Positions 50,821 through 63,801 of a DNA stretch of 64,000 nt are shown here, one piece after another (position 1 is the first letter of the stretch; each line of letters opens with the position of its first letter). The translations under genes and the position numbers were made by a program. The stretch lies in NCBI RefSeq assembly GCF_006345805.1, contig NC_043012.1, positions 6,200,001 to 6,264,000 on the forward strand. The letters run 5' to 3'. The notes below the pieces were generated by a model. It was not told the DNA's origin, ran no database searches, and saw only the letters and a list, made by a program, of their open reading frames with translations. The stretch is from Octopus sinensis (Eukaryota).

Positions 50821-51314
50821 CTTATATATATGATTTTGATGATGATTGTGCGTGCGTATGTGTACATAACTATACACTAAAACTGTATTCAATGAACCTG
50901 TCCAGAATTCCAGGCATTTCAAGCTTATTTCTCGACTGCTTTATGCAAGATTAAGTTTCAGATGTTTGTGATTGTTTTGACTAAATAGTTAAAAGGCAAA
51001 CCCACAATCAATTGGATCTTCCATATCAAGCTACATACAGAAACCAGATACATGTGAGGGCGGCCACTATGTTACTTGACCTGCTAAAAATAGCAACCAG
51101 GTATTAGTTTCAATTTACACCCTATTGTTTTTAGTATAATAGACACCGTGGATAAACTTTTTTTTACCTTCTATAATTTCTTATCTTTGTGTTTCAGCCA
51201 GTAGATTGTGCCCATGCTGGAGTGAAATAAATTGACCCTCAGTTTCTATGTGTCTTTTTTTTAAGCCTGATAGTTATTCTATCAGTATCTTTTGCCAAAC
51301 TTTTAATTTATGTC

Positions 51315-51760
51315 ATCATCATCATCATCATCATCAGTGCTTAATGTCCGTTGTCCATGTTGGCATGGGTTGATGGCTTGACCAGAGCTGGTAAGCTGGA
51401 AGGCTGCACCAGACTCCAGTCTGATTTGCCATGGTTTTATATGGCTGGGTGCCCTTCCCAATGCCGACCACTTCAAGAGTGTAATGGGTACTTTTATGTG
51501 CCACTGGCATGGGTGCCATTTGCGCGACACCAGTATCTACCATGACTGCCATTTTGATCGGCTTTCTGGGTCTTCTTCTCAAGCATGACATAATGCCAAA
51601 GGTCTCGGTCATTTCTTCCATGAAGCCCAATACTTGAAAGGAACTCAGTCGCTTTGATTCCATGAAGCCCAACACTCAAAAGGTGTTCTTTATGTACCAC
51701 TGGCACAGGTGCCAGCTATGTGACACCAGCATTGACCATGATTTTGACAGAGATGTAAAC
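51315..51760 (-). mobile_element. Older RTE 3' fragment
   Basis: (CAT)n tail, GCCCTTCCCAATGCC motif, ORF-end relic DRDLWHYVMLEK. Confidence 0.7.
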
Positions 51761-52489
51761 AAACCAACACTGGTTGTCAAGTACCATGTTTGTGTCTGTC
51801 CTATATCTTTTACTTGTCTCAGTCATTGGACTGTGGCCATACTGGGACACTGTCTTGGTGGGTTTAATCAAACAGATCGACCTCAGTAAAATTTTTTTAT
51901 CTTCTAAAGTCTGGTACTTATTTTATCAGTCCCTTTTGCTGAACTGCTAAGTTACAGGGATGTAAAGAAGTCAACATGTTGGTGGCGGGGACAAACATAG
52001 ACACAATGACACACACATACAAACATCCTACTATATCTATGTATATCTACATATATACATATATATATATATATATATAATATAATATATAATATATATA
52101 TAATATAATATATATATATATATACAAGGAGGCAGTTATGCAGATAAACAAATTAAATATATTAAATATCAACAGCTTGGGTATGAAATACACAATATGT
52201 ATATATATATAGACATGCAAAACAAGAGAAGGCAAGGATTGAATATTTTTAGACAATGAATATTTATGTATTAATATATCTAACTTATACAGAGTACAAA
52301 TGACAGAGGAAATTAAAGGCGTGGAAGTAAGGTGTTATAAGTCCAACAGCTGTTTCTGGGGGGCTTGGGGATCCGTCATAATGTTGGTAGATGTAGTTCA
52401 CCAAAATATGCAACCAGTAATGGAAGCAATAAACATTGGACAAATTGAGTGTCCATCATCAGGGCAGAAAAGATGATCCATTTCAGATC

Positions 52490-52780
52490 TTAATGCAGGT
52501 CCTCAGGCCCTCATTAGGTGCAGTGGTGGCAGTTAATTGAGCCATTTAATTTTAATGTAGTTTTATCATTCCAATCAAATCTTTCTTGGGCGGTGTGCAT
52601 CTTCTACACATCTCACCACTTTCAAAATTTTATTCTTCAGTGTTGATCATCTGCAATGAGAGATTGGACTATTCTTGGAATACAACTTTTCCAATCACAG
52701 TGCTTCAATATGTGATGAACAATTGATTTTGAAATTCCTATCTCATGACTTGTTTGCCTCACAGATTTTTTTCAACCCTG
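52490..52780 (-). pseudogene. Tc1/IS630-like transposase relic
   Basis: ISKSIVHHILKHCDWKSCIPRIVQSL...DWNDKTTLKLNGSINCH resembles the VHRILK...YIPRLVH...WSDEATFKLNGSVNRHN pattern. Confidence 0.6.
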
Positions 52781-52789
52781 GCAATATAT

Positions 52790-53015
52790 TTCTTATTTCT
52801 TTATTGCCCACAAGGGGCTAAACATAGAGGGGACAAACAAGGACAGACAAAGGGATTAAATCGATTACATCGCCCCCAGTGCGTAACTGGTACTTAATTT
52901 ATCAACCCCGAAAGGATGAAAGGCAAAGTCTACCTCGGCGGAATTTGAACTCAGAACATAATGACAGACAAAATACCGCTAAGCATTTCGCCTGGCATGC
53001 TAATGTTTCTGCCAG
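52790..53015 (-). mobile_element. SINE family B
   Basis: Antisense full-length copy. Confidence 0.85.
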
Positions 53016-53334
53016 CTCTTGGTCCATTTCTGGGTGAGAGTAGTCATCCTGCTTGTTGCCTTGTCCCCTTAGGCAATACATTTCTAATACCCTCTCTTGC
53101 TTGGTAGGGCTCATTGATGTCTGCATTATTCTGGAAATTTCTAGTGAACATATTGAATAGTTTCATGTGCTTCAAAGGTATCTCTAACTTGAGTGATGGT
53201 AAGTCATGTAGATGGACCTGTTGGAAACTCCCTCCTAAATTATCTTTGCACTTCAATTGCGTTTTCAAAATTCTATTTCATCATCATCATCACTGTATGA
53301 TAAATATGTGTGTGTGCATGTGTATATATATATA

Positions 53335-53663
53335 TCATCGTCATCATCGTCCTTGTTTAATGTCCATTTTCCCTGCTGGTATGGTTGGATGGTTTGACTG
53401 AGGGCTGGAGAGCCAGAAGGCTGCACCAGGCTCCAATCTGATCTGGCAAAGTTTCTACAGCTGGGTGCTGTTCCTAACGCCAACCTCTCCGAGAGTGTAG
53501 TGGGTGCTTTTACATGCCACTGGCACGAGGGCCAGTCAGGCGGTACTGGCATCAACCATGCTCAAATGGTGCTTTTTACATGCCACCTGCACAGGAGCCA
53601 GTCTGATGGCACTGGTAATGACCACACTCGAATGGTGTCTTTTACGTGCCACAGGAGCCAGTT
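53335..53663 (-). mobile_element. RTE 3' UTR fragment abutting the tail of the full-length RTE
   Basis: Has its own (CAT)n tail and RTE 3' motif. Confidence 0.8.
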
Positions 53664-54484
53664 GTCATCATCATCATCATCGTCGTTTAACGTCCGTTCT
53701 CCATGCTAGCATGGGTTGGACGGTTCGACCGGGGTTCTGGGAAGCCAGAAGGCTGCACCAGGCTCCAGTCTAATTTGGCAATGTTTCTACAGCTGGATGC
53801 CCTTCCTAACGCCAACCACTCGTGAGTGTAGTGGGTGCTTTTTACGTGCCACCTGCACAGGTGCCAGGCGGGGCTGGCAACGGCCACGGTCAGATTGGTG
53901 TATTTTAGTGCACCGCACGGAAGCCAGTCGAGGCGGTGCTGGCATCGGCCACGAGTCGTAGTGCTTTTTACGTACCACCAGACCAGGGATCCTGGCTGGT
54001 TCAATTCGATTTCGATTTCGCTTGCCCCTACATGTCTTCACAAGCAAAGGGGTTTGGCAAGGGTGCCTGTCGTACGGTCGCATTAGTTTTTACGTGCCAC
54101 GGCCACGAGTCGGATAGTGCTTTTTACGTACCACCAGACCAGGGATCCTGGCTGGTTCAATTCGATTTCGATTTCGCTTGCCCCAACATGTCTTCACAAG
54201 CAAAGGGGGTTGGCATGGGTGCCTGTCGTACGGTCGCATTGGAGTATTTTACGTGCCACGGCCCCGAGTCGGATAGTGCTTTTTACGTACCACCAGGCCA
54301 GGGATCCTGGCTGTTCTTCGGTTTCCTTTCGATTTCGATTTCGATTTCGCTTGCCCCAACATGTCTTCGCAAGCATGGGGGGTTGGGATAGGTGTCTGTC
54401 GTCGGATGAGGTTCTATATCGACTTCGCTTGCCTCAACCGGTTCTGTGTCCAAGGGAGGAAAGGCATTCATAAGTGGGCTGGGC

Positions 54485-57400
54485 TCACTTGTCCTGCCTG
54501 GTCTTCTCACGTACAGAATATTTCCAAAGGTCTCGGTCTCTGGTCATTTCCTCAGTGAGGCCTAAAGTTCGAAGGTCGTGCTTCACCACCTCGTCCCAGG
54601 TTTTTCCTGGGTCTACCTCTTCCACGGGTTCCCTCAACTGCTAGGGATTGGCACTTTCTCACACACCTATCTTCATCCATTCTCGCCACATGACCAGCGC
54701 AATCGTCTCTCTTGCACACCACAACTGATGCTTCTTAGGTACAACATTTCTCTCAAGGTGCTAACGCTCTGTCGAGTATGTACACTGACATTACACATCC
54801 ATCGGAGCATACTGGCTTCATTCCTCACGAGCTTACGCATGTCCTCAGCAGTCACAGCCCATGTTTCGCTGCCATGTAGCATGGCTGTTCGTACACACGC
54901 ATCATACAGTCTGCCTTTTACTCTGAGCGAGAGGCCTTTAGTCACCAGCAGAGGTAAGAGCTCCCTAAACTTTGCCCAGGCTATTCTTATTCTAGCAGTT
55001 ACACTTTCAGCGCACCCACCCCCACTACACTACTGACTTGGTCACCTAGATAACGAAAGCTATCAACTACTTCTATTTTTTCCCCTGGAAAGTGACGGAG
55101 TTGTTTTTTTCTGCAGATTTTCGGAGGTTAATGCTCCCGAGCATCTGCCACATACAAAACTACTATCTTCCAGTTAGCCTACCTTTGACATTGCTGCACC
55201 TCTTATGTGTCCATAGCTTACACTGGGTACATCTTATAGAGTTTCTACCTACACCTTTTCTACAGATCGAGCAGGGCCATCTTCCTGAAATTTGTGGATT
55301 GTCTACCTTTCTACTTATTAGTACTTTGGTTTTAGCTAGGTTGACTCTAAGGCCCCTTGATTCTAACCCTCCTTCCACACCTGGAACTTCTCCTCCAGTT
55401 CTGATAGTGACTCAGCAATAAGAGCAAGGTCGTCAGCGTAGAGGAGCTCCCAGGGACAGCCTGTCTTGAATTCCTCCGTAATTGCCTGGAGTACTATGAT
55501 AATAGGAGGGGGCTGAGTACTGACCCTGGTGGACCCCAACCTCTACTTTGAATTCTTCTGTGTACATGTTGCCAACCCTAACCTTACTTACGGCATCTCT
55601 GTACATGGCTTGCACAGTCCTCACCAGCCATTCATCTATCCCTATTTCCTCATTGACCACCAGATAAGGGATCGGGGGACCCTATCAAAAGCTTTCTCCA
55701 TGTCAACGAAAGCCAGGTACAGGGGCTTATCTTTGGCTAGGTATTTCTCCTGCAGCTGCCTTACCAGGAATATAGCATCAGTGGTACTTTTTCCCCTCAC
55801 GAACCCAAACTGCATCTCATCTAAACTAACTCTCTCTCTAATTAGTTGGGCTATGACCCTCTCCGTACCTTCATTACTTGATCCAACAGCTTGATACCTC
55901 TGTAATTATTTGTATCTAGGCATCACCTTTACCTTTGTAGCAGTTGACTAGTATGCTGCTGCACCAGTCATTGGTATGACTCCTTCGTGTATCACCTGGT
56001 TGACTATACGGGTGACTAGGTTATAGCCGACACTGCCAGATATTTTGAGCATCTCTGCAGTATTCCTGATGGGCCTGGGGCTTTCCCTGTCTTCATGCTT
56101 CTAATTGCCTTAGCTACCACGGAACTATCAACTCGGATAGCTGGTCCCTCTGTAGGGTCAACATTCGGCAAACTCTCTTTATCCCATTCATTTTCCTCAT
56201 TCATAACCTTTCATAGTGGCGTCTCCAAGCTTCTCTCTTTGCATCCTCATTTAGCGCAAGTGAACCATCCTCCATGCGAACACATTTCTCTCCTACCACA
56301 TCACGATTCTCTCTCACACACTGTCTTGCAACACGAAATACCTCAAGTCTTTCATCCTCACGGCGCAGGACATTGGCAAATTTTCTCTTATCTGCTTCCC
56401 CTCTGGCTAGATAGACCTGTCTCCTAGCTTCCCTTCTGGCAGTCTGATACCCTTCCCTGCTACCACCCCGTTCTTCCAGGCCTTCCAAGCCTGTTTCTTT
56501 TGTCTAATAGCCCTGTCAACAATATTGTTCCACCACCACGTTATTTTGGGTCTTAGGGACTTTGCACCAGCCACAGATCTGGTCAGCGGCTTTCAGCAGG
56601 TTGTCCCTCAGAAACGTCCAGTTGTCTTCTACCCATGTGTAGCTATACCCCCTTCCACTTCGTCAAAGGCTTCAAGTAACCATTCTCTAAATCTCTGTCC
56701 ATTCGCAGGGGCTTTAAGCTTCCAGACCCTTCTTCTCCATGTTGGTCGTCTTCTAGTCGCCCTCTTAGTCCTGATCCTAAAGTCACTAACTACCAGTCTA
56801 TGTTGTGGGTGCATTCTTCGCCTGGGAAGGTTTTGGCATTTTTAAGCAGCCATCTTTCCCTTTTTCTGGCAAGGATGTAGTCGATTTGCTAGTATGTGCC
56901 GGCCCGATCGGTAGGTGACCAGTGGCTTGTTGGTTTCCTGAAGTTAGTGTTGCAGACCATAAGACTATTCGCATCGCAGAACTCCAGCAGCCTGGTTCCC
57001 TCCTCGTTGCGGGAACCATAACCGTAGCCTCCATGTACGCCATGGAAGCCCCCAGCATGTCGTCCAACATGCCCATTGGAAATCACCAGCCACAAAGAGA
57101 AGGTCCCTGTCGTTCGTCGATGAGGTGTCTGCAGTAGGGTGTCATAGAAACTGTCTTTCTGTCCATCGGTAGCCCTGGCTGAGGGGCATAGGCCGATATA
57201 ATGGTTGCTAATCTATTAGGAAGCCTATTCTAATCTTAAGTATTCTGTCACTTACTCTGATTACCTCAATTACTCTATCTATCCATTTCTCAGCGATAAT
57301 TATACCCACGCCACCAACCCCGTCAGTGTTCCCTGCCCAGAAAATCTTGTACCTGTGTCCCCTTGCCTGTGAGGACCCTAGCAGATCCTCCTCTCCACCT

Positions 57401-57595
57401 TATTTCTTGCATACAACATACATCAACACGTCTCCGTTCAAGCATCTCGACTATCTCGCCAGACCTGCCTTTCAATGTGCCAACGTTGAGGGTGCCTACC
57501 CTGAGGGTGTGGGAGGTGTGGGCCTCTGAGACCCTGGGATGAGGGGCCGCAGTGTTCTGTACCTGAAAAGAAAGCTTGCATTTGCCAGATATCAT
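54485..57595 (-). pseudogene. RTE single ORF (APE endonuclease + reverse transcriptase), about 3.1 kb, frameshifted as assembled
   Basis: Consecutive ORF pieces 57323-57595, 56798-57095, 56629-56814, 56201-56488, 56016-56204, 55433-55660, 55163-55378, 54673-54945; TGA at 54485-54487. Confidence 0.9.
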
Positions 57596-58682
57596 ACTGA
57601 GACTCTAGACTACAACCTGCATAAATTTCAAAGTTTTTTGCGCTATATGATCACAATAAACCCTACATAGGGGTGCGGGGGGGGGTCAAGAAAGATAGAA
57701 AACAGAAACTTCCGGTTCTGGTAGAGGGTGGGAGGGCGGGGTCACCTCCAAGGAACAATAGGTTTAAGTTAATACGTAGAATTTTCTGCGACAGAAATTA
57801 CTGAACATCTAGAAACTTCGGGGTTCGATTAAACATAATATAAATAGGAGAGAGGGAGAATATTGTAGTGAATTCTGGGGATGGAATAACAACGGGATGA
57901 CACTGAAATTAAGGAGGAATTTAAAATGCATGACAGACAGGAAGCCATGCAACAAGATGGCGAAACAAATAATAGAGAAACGGGATTTAGGGTTACGAAT
58001 CAACGCTTAAAAAATGAATATGAATGACAGGTTGTAAGTTAAATTCGCTTAGCTGTCATTTTTCGAGTCAGTGTTTTGTCAGCAAGATGTAGAATCGAGA
58101 AGAGGACGAGATAAATCGAACACGGCTTTATAAAGAGTTAGGGATTGGGGGGGATTATCAGGTGAAGCATGAGGAAAGAGAGGGGGGAAGGAAGAGAGAG
58201 AGAGAGAGCTAAGGGACCAACATGTTTAATTCGTAAGGAATTTTCTGCAACAGAAATTACTGACATCTAGAAACTTCGGGTTCGAGAAGAATGTAATATA
58301 AATAAGAGAGAGAGAAAATATTTCGTAGGGAATTTAGGGTATCTTTGGGGAAAGGAAATACGACGAAGAACAACAGGTTTTAAGTTAATACGTAGGGAAT
58401 TTTCTGCGACAGAAATTACTGGACATCTAGAAACTTCGGGGTTCGAGAAGAATTGTATATAATAAGAGAGAGAGATATTTCGTAGGAATTTAGGGTATCT
58501 TTGGGGAAAGGATAACGACGAGGAACAACAGGTTTTAAGTTCATACGTAGGGAATTCTTCTGCGACAGAAATTACTGAACATCTAGAAACTTCGGGGTTC
58601 GAGAAGAATGAAATAAATAAGATAGAGAGAAAATATTTCGTAGGAATTTAGGGTATCTTTGAACAACAGGTTTTAAGTTAAT

Positions 58683-59942
58683 CATCATCATCATCATCAT
58701 CATTTAGCGTCCGTTTTCCATGCTAGCATGGTTGGACGGTTCAACTGGGGTCTGGGGAGCCCGAAGGCTGCACCAGGCCAGTCAGATCTGGCAGTGTTTC
58801 TACAGCTGGATGCCTTCCTAACGCCAACCACTCCGTAGTGTAGTGGGTGATTTTATGTGCCACCGACACAGGTGCCAGACGAGGCTGGCGAACGGCCACG
58901 CTCGGGTGGTTTTTTTATGTGCCACCGACACAGGTGCCAGACGAGGCTGGCAGACGGCCACTCTCGGATGGTGTTTTTTATGTGCCACCGACACAGGTGC
59001 CAGATGAGGCTGGCGGACGGCCACGATCGATGGTGTTTGTTACGTCCCAAAGCACGGAGGCCAGTCTATGCGGTACGGCTACGGCCACGTTCGGATGATT
59101 TTCTTGTGTGGCCACCGGCACTGGTACCAGCACAAAGATACAAATTCCATTTATGTTCATCTATTTTGATTGATTTGATTTGATTTGATTGGATTTGATT
59201 TTCCCTTGCCTCAACAGGTCTTCACAATGTCACAAGAAGGAAGGTATGCATAGGTGGACTGTCTACTGCGCCGGGTCTTCGGATGGTGTCTTTATGTGCC
59301 AACCGACACAGGTGCAGATGTGGCTGGCGAACGGCCACGATCGGATGGTTTTCTTGTGTGCCACCGGTCTACGGAACCCACAAAGATACATTCCATTGAT
59401 GTTCATCTATTTTGATTTGGTTTGATTTCACTTGCCTCAACAGGTCTTCACAAGTGTCACGCGTGTCACACACTTGCCTCAACAGGTCTCCACAATGCCA
59501 CACACTTGCCTCTGCCTCAACAGTCTTCACAAAGTGTCACACACTTGCCTCTGCCTCAACAGGTCTTCACAAGTGTCATACAGAAGGGAAGGTAAGCACA
59601 GGTGGACTGACTACGTCGCCGGGTCTTTGGATGGTGGTGGTGTTTTTATGTGCCACCGACAAGGGCCAGGTGAGGCTGGCGAACTGCCACGATCATTGTG
59701 TTTGTTGTGCCCACAGCACGAGGCCAGTCGCCGGCCACGTTCGGATGGTTTTCCTTGTGTGCACCGGTACTGGAACCACAAAGATACAAATTCCATTGAA
59801 TTATCTATTTTGATTTGGTTTGATTTCACTTGCCTCAACAGGTCTTCACAGGGGTCACACACTTGCCTCAACAGGTCTTCACAAGGGTCACACACTGCCT
59901 CAACAGTCTCCACAAGTGTCCCACACTTGCCTCTGCCTCAAC
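58683..59942 (-). mobile_element. Nested RTE 3' UTR-only copy with expanded internal repeats
   Basis: (CAT)n tail at 58683; interrupts the 5' UTR monomer TTAAGTTAAT|ACGTAGGGAATTTTCTGC. Confidence 0.85.
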
Positions 59943-59998
59943 ACGTAGGGAATTTTCTGCGACAGAAATTAACTGACATCTAGAAACTTCGGGGTTCG

Positions 59999-60030
<32 letters not shown>

Positions 60031-60039
60031 TATATTCTT

Positions 60040-60445
60040 TATTCTTTTATTTGTTTCAGTCATTTGACTGTGGCCATGCTGGAGCACCACCTTTAGTTGA
60101 GCAAATCGACCCCAGGACTTATTCTTTGTAAGTCTAATACTTATTTTATCAGTATCTTTTGCTGAACCGCTAAGTTATGAGGACGTAAACACACCAACAT
60201 CGGTTGTCAAGCGATGTTGGGGGGGGACAAACATAGACACAACACACACATACATACGTATATATATATATATATACATATATATGACGGGCTTCTTTCA
60301 TTTTCCATCTACCAAATCCACTCACAAAGCTTTGGTTAGCCTGAGGCTATAGTAGAAGACACTTGCCCAAGTTGTCATGCAGTGGGACTGAACCTGGAAC
60401 CATGTGGTTGGTAAGCAAGCTACTTACCACACAGTCCATTCCTGC
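60040..60445 (-). mobile_element. SINE family A
   Basis: Full-length antisense copy. Confidence 0.88.
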
Positions 60446-61019
60446 ACAGACACACACACACATATCAGAAAAGGTATAAATAATGGTCTTTATTGCCGTA
60501 AATTTGACTTACAGCTGTTTGCAATAGTCCTGATAAGTCTATTCATTGATTGGTTTACTCAATCAGTCCATTGATCAGTTGTGAAAAATTGAACATATGC
60601 ATCAATGCACACATGTTTATGTATGTATATGCATGTATGTATATGTATGTTTATGTGTGTATATATATGTATATAATATATTTATATATATATATATATA
60701 ATAATTATATAATATAATATATATGTGTGTTTGTTGTATACACACACATACACACACAAATATGAAAACAGAGTTTGCTGATTCGACAAGCTAGTGGACA
60801 ACTAGTAAAAACAGAAATGGTTCGTCATATCTTGTCATCATGTCATCCTGTCACCATGTCACTTTGTCATCTTGTTACCTCCACCCTGTGTTATGTAACA
60901 CTTTAAAAAAAATGAAAACTGGATCTCTTAAGCTACATATAACCTGTACCAGTACAATACTTATATAACCTACATACACACTGTTGTTATCCTGCATTCA
61001 TAGCCAATCTATATATGTT

Positions 61020-61064
<45 letters not shown>

Positions 61065-62249
61065 CTATATATATATATACGCACACACACACATATATAT
61101 AGCTGATTTAAAGTATTTAATAACTTTTTGGGCCTGCAATCACCTATATTATTGATTCTGTTATTATCATTTTTAATTGTTACACTAGATAATTATAGAG
61201 TCAATGATATCTTCACAAATATTTTCTCCTGAATTATTTGCTCCATATTGAAAATATACCTACATACATACAGACATACATTCATACATACATGCATGCA
61301 TGCAGACATACATACATACATGCATACATGTTAGTTCATGTATAAATATATTTGTATATATATATACATATGTATACACAGAAACACATAAATAGATGTA
61401 TGTATATCAGTGACCCAGTTCACTGGTTGACAGGTGGTTCACACCATATGCTCCTCTCAAAGCAACTCAATAAACACACAAAAACACATCCTCAAGGTAC
61501 CACTTTTGGCCAACAAAATGAAGCAATAACTACAGTACACATATGATGCATTAGTGAAGGCCTTTAGAAATGCTGCCAGATCAGATTGGGGCCTGGTGCA
61601 GCCTCCTAGCTTACTAGACCCCAGTCGAACCGTCCAACGCATGCCAGCATGGAAAATGGATGTGAAATGATGATGATTATGATGATGATGATGATGATGT
61701 ATCCTACTGGTTAGAGTGTTGCACTCACAATTGTCAGATTGTGATTTCAATTCCTGGACCGGGTAGGGAATTGTGTTCTTGAGCAAAACACTTCATTTCA
61801 TGTTGCTCCTGTCCATTTAGCTCAGGTGTAAAAGTGAGTTGCTGCAATAGCTGGGAAGTTAACTCCACAAGAGACTGGAAGCCTGCTCAGGAGCAATGTT
61901 GTCATCTCAGTTTCTTATATACTCTGAAAATCAGGTCGAGCTGTGGCCTTTTGAATCCTAGAGCACACAGGAGATCTAAGACCTGCATATGACATGTTAG
62001 ATCTGTCCTGGAGATGAAGGCATATGGCTCAGTCATTAAGGTATTTGGCTAACAACTGTGAGGTCATGAGTTCGATTCCTAGCAGCACATTGTGTCCTTG
62101 AGCAAGACACGTCGTTTTATGTTACTCCAGTCCATTCAGCTGGCAAAAATGAGATATATCTGTAATTCAAAAGGGCCAGCCTTGTCTTTTATTTGCTATT
62201 TATATATATATAATCAAAATAATAATAATAATGATAATAGTAATAATTA

Positions 62250-62880
62250 ATTCTTTTATTGGCCACAAGGGCTGACAAAAATTAATTATAACATAAAGGG
62301 ACAAAACAGGACGAAAGGTTACAAAGGGTTTTGTCCGTTTGTGAAAAATCCGTGTAAAAAACAGTGTAACAACGAAAAATTATAACAATGAAAAACTCCC
62401 AATAGGGGGAGCCACGGGAGCCTGGTCAAAAGGGGGGTAGAGAGCCCCTTTCTCCTTTTATATTACCTTTTTAATTACAGGTGTATCCTCAGAATGGCTC
62501 CTTTCATACTGGCTATTCTTGCGACATTTATCCACATTTCAGTAAACTTGCTATCGGACAGCACTTCCCTCTCTACTCTCATCTTCCTTTACAAATGAAA
62601 CTTGAAAAAGTTGATGAGGCCTGGGCCAAAGAGGAATGTGTCTGACCTTAGCCCTTTCAAATGGGTCCACCATACCACCTCTTTCGCTACAGCCACTAGG
62701 CAAAGGAAAACTGCCTTGCCCTCCCGGTTAAAGGAGGTCGGTGGGGCAATTTTCACTATGGATTCAGCTGATAGCCGGATCTGTCCTATACGCGACAGTA
62801 GCTGTTCAACATAAACCCATAGTTCAGCAATACTCGGACACTGGACGAGTGCGTGCAGAACGGTTTTGTCGTCCTGAATA
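62250..62880 (-). pseudogene. Tx1/L1-like LINE 3' fragment
   Basis: QDDKTVLHALVQCPSIAELWVYVEQLL...KEVVWW...FFKFHL: zf-RVT-like H..C and C-terminal W-W pattern; stop at about 62475, then 3' UTR. Confidence 0.7.
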
Positions 62881-63146
62881 ATAATAATATGAGGGAATAT
62901 TATTCCAAACTTACAGGGAAAAATTTAATTTAGAAATACGAAATCAAATTTCGCAAAATATAATATATATAAATTAGAAAAAAACCACGTTTTATCAATT
63001 TAATAATGAAAAATTAAATTATACCATCTAGAAAAATTGCATATTATAGAAAGATTAAATATAAGATAAAACATATAACGATGATTAAGTAATGTGCAAA
63101 ATAATTAATAAAACGTATATATTTGGTATATATAAATATATATATC

Positions 63147-63168
<22 letters not shown>

Positions 63169-63222
<54 letters not shown>

Positions 63223-63265
63223 AAGAGAGAGAGAGAAAGAGAGAGAGAGAAAGAGAGAGAGAGAA

Positions 63266-63298
<33 letters not shown>
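63169..63298. repeat. (AG)n microsatellite with periodic AA interruptions
   Basis: Seen directly. Confidence 0.95.
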
Positions 63299-63443
63299 TT
63301 GATATAGGTATATCCTCATCATCATCATCATCATCATCGTCATTTAACGTCTGTCTTCCATGCTGGCAGTAGCCAGCCAGGTAGAATATATATATGTATA
63401 TGTGTGTGTATTTAGATATATGTACATATGTGTGTGCTTGTAC

Positions 63444-63475
<32 letters not shown>

Positions 63476-63524
63476 AATCAGATATATGTTCGTATGTATT
63501 GCTGCTATTATGTTAAACTGTCGT

Positions 63525-63730
63525 AGGTGGTGAGCTGGCAGAATCGTTAGCATGCCGGTTGAAATGCTTTATGGCACTTTGTCTGCATGTTCTGAGTTCA
63601 AATTCTGTGAAGGTTGACTTTGCTTTCATCCTTTCGGGGTCAATAAACAAAGTACCACTGGGGTTGATGTAATCAACTGGTCCTTTCCCCCAGAATTTCA
63701 GGCCTTGTGCCTATAGTAGAAAGGATTATG
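63525..63730 (+). mobile_element. SINE family B
   Basis: Head GGTGGTGAGCTGGCAGAATCGTTAGCATGCC, core and tail. Confidence 0.85.
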
Positions 63731-63801
63731 TTAAACTGTTGTATGTTCAAATTTGACCAAATGCATTTTTTTTTTCCAATATTTATTTTTGCTTGGAATA
63801 G

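Larger units (their letters stand above)
53664..59999 (-). mobile_element. Full-length RTE-clade LINE with tandem 5' UTR monomers and a nested insertion
   Basis: APE domain (LRVGTLNVGTL, DVCCMQEIRW), RT homologous to 21720-22472, 3' UTR with repeats of about 155 bp, (GAT)n tail. Confidence 0.93.

Noticed and set aside
57600-57760. HDV-like ribozyme in the RTE 5' UTR (known from some RTE/R2 elements)
   Set aside because: Could not fit the nested double-pseudoknot pairings by eye; needs a descriptor search.
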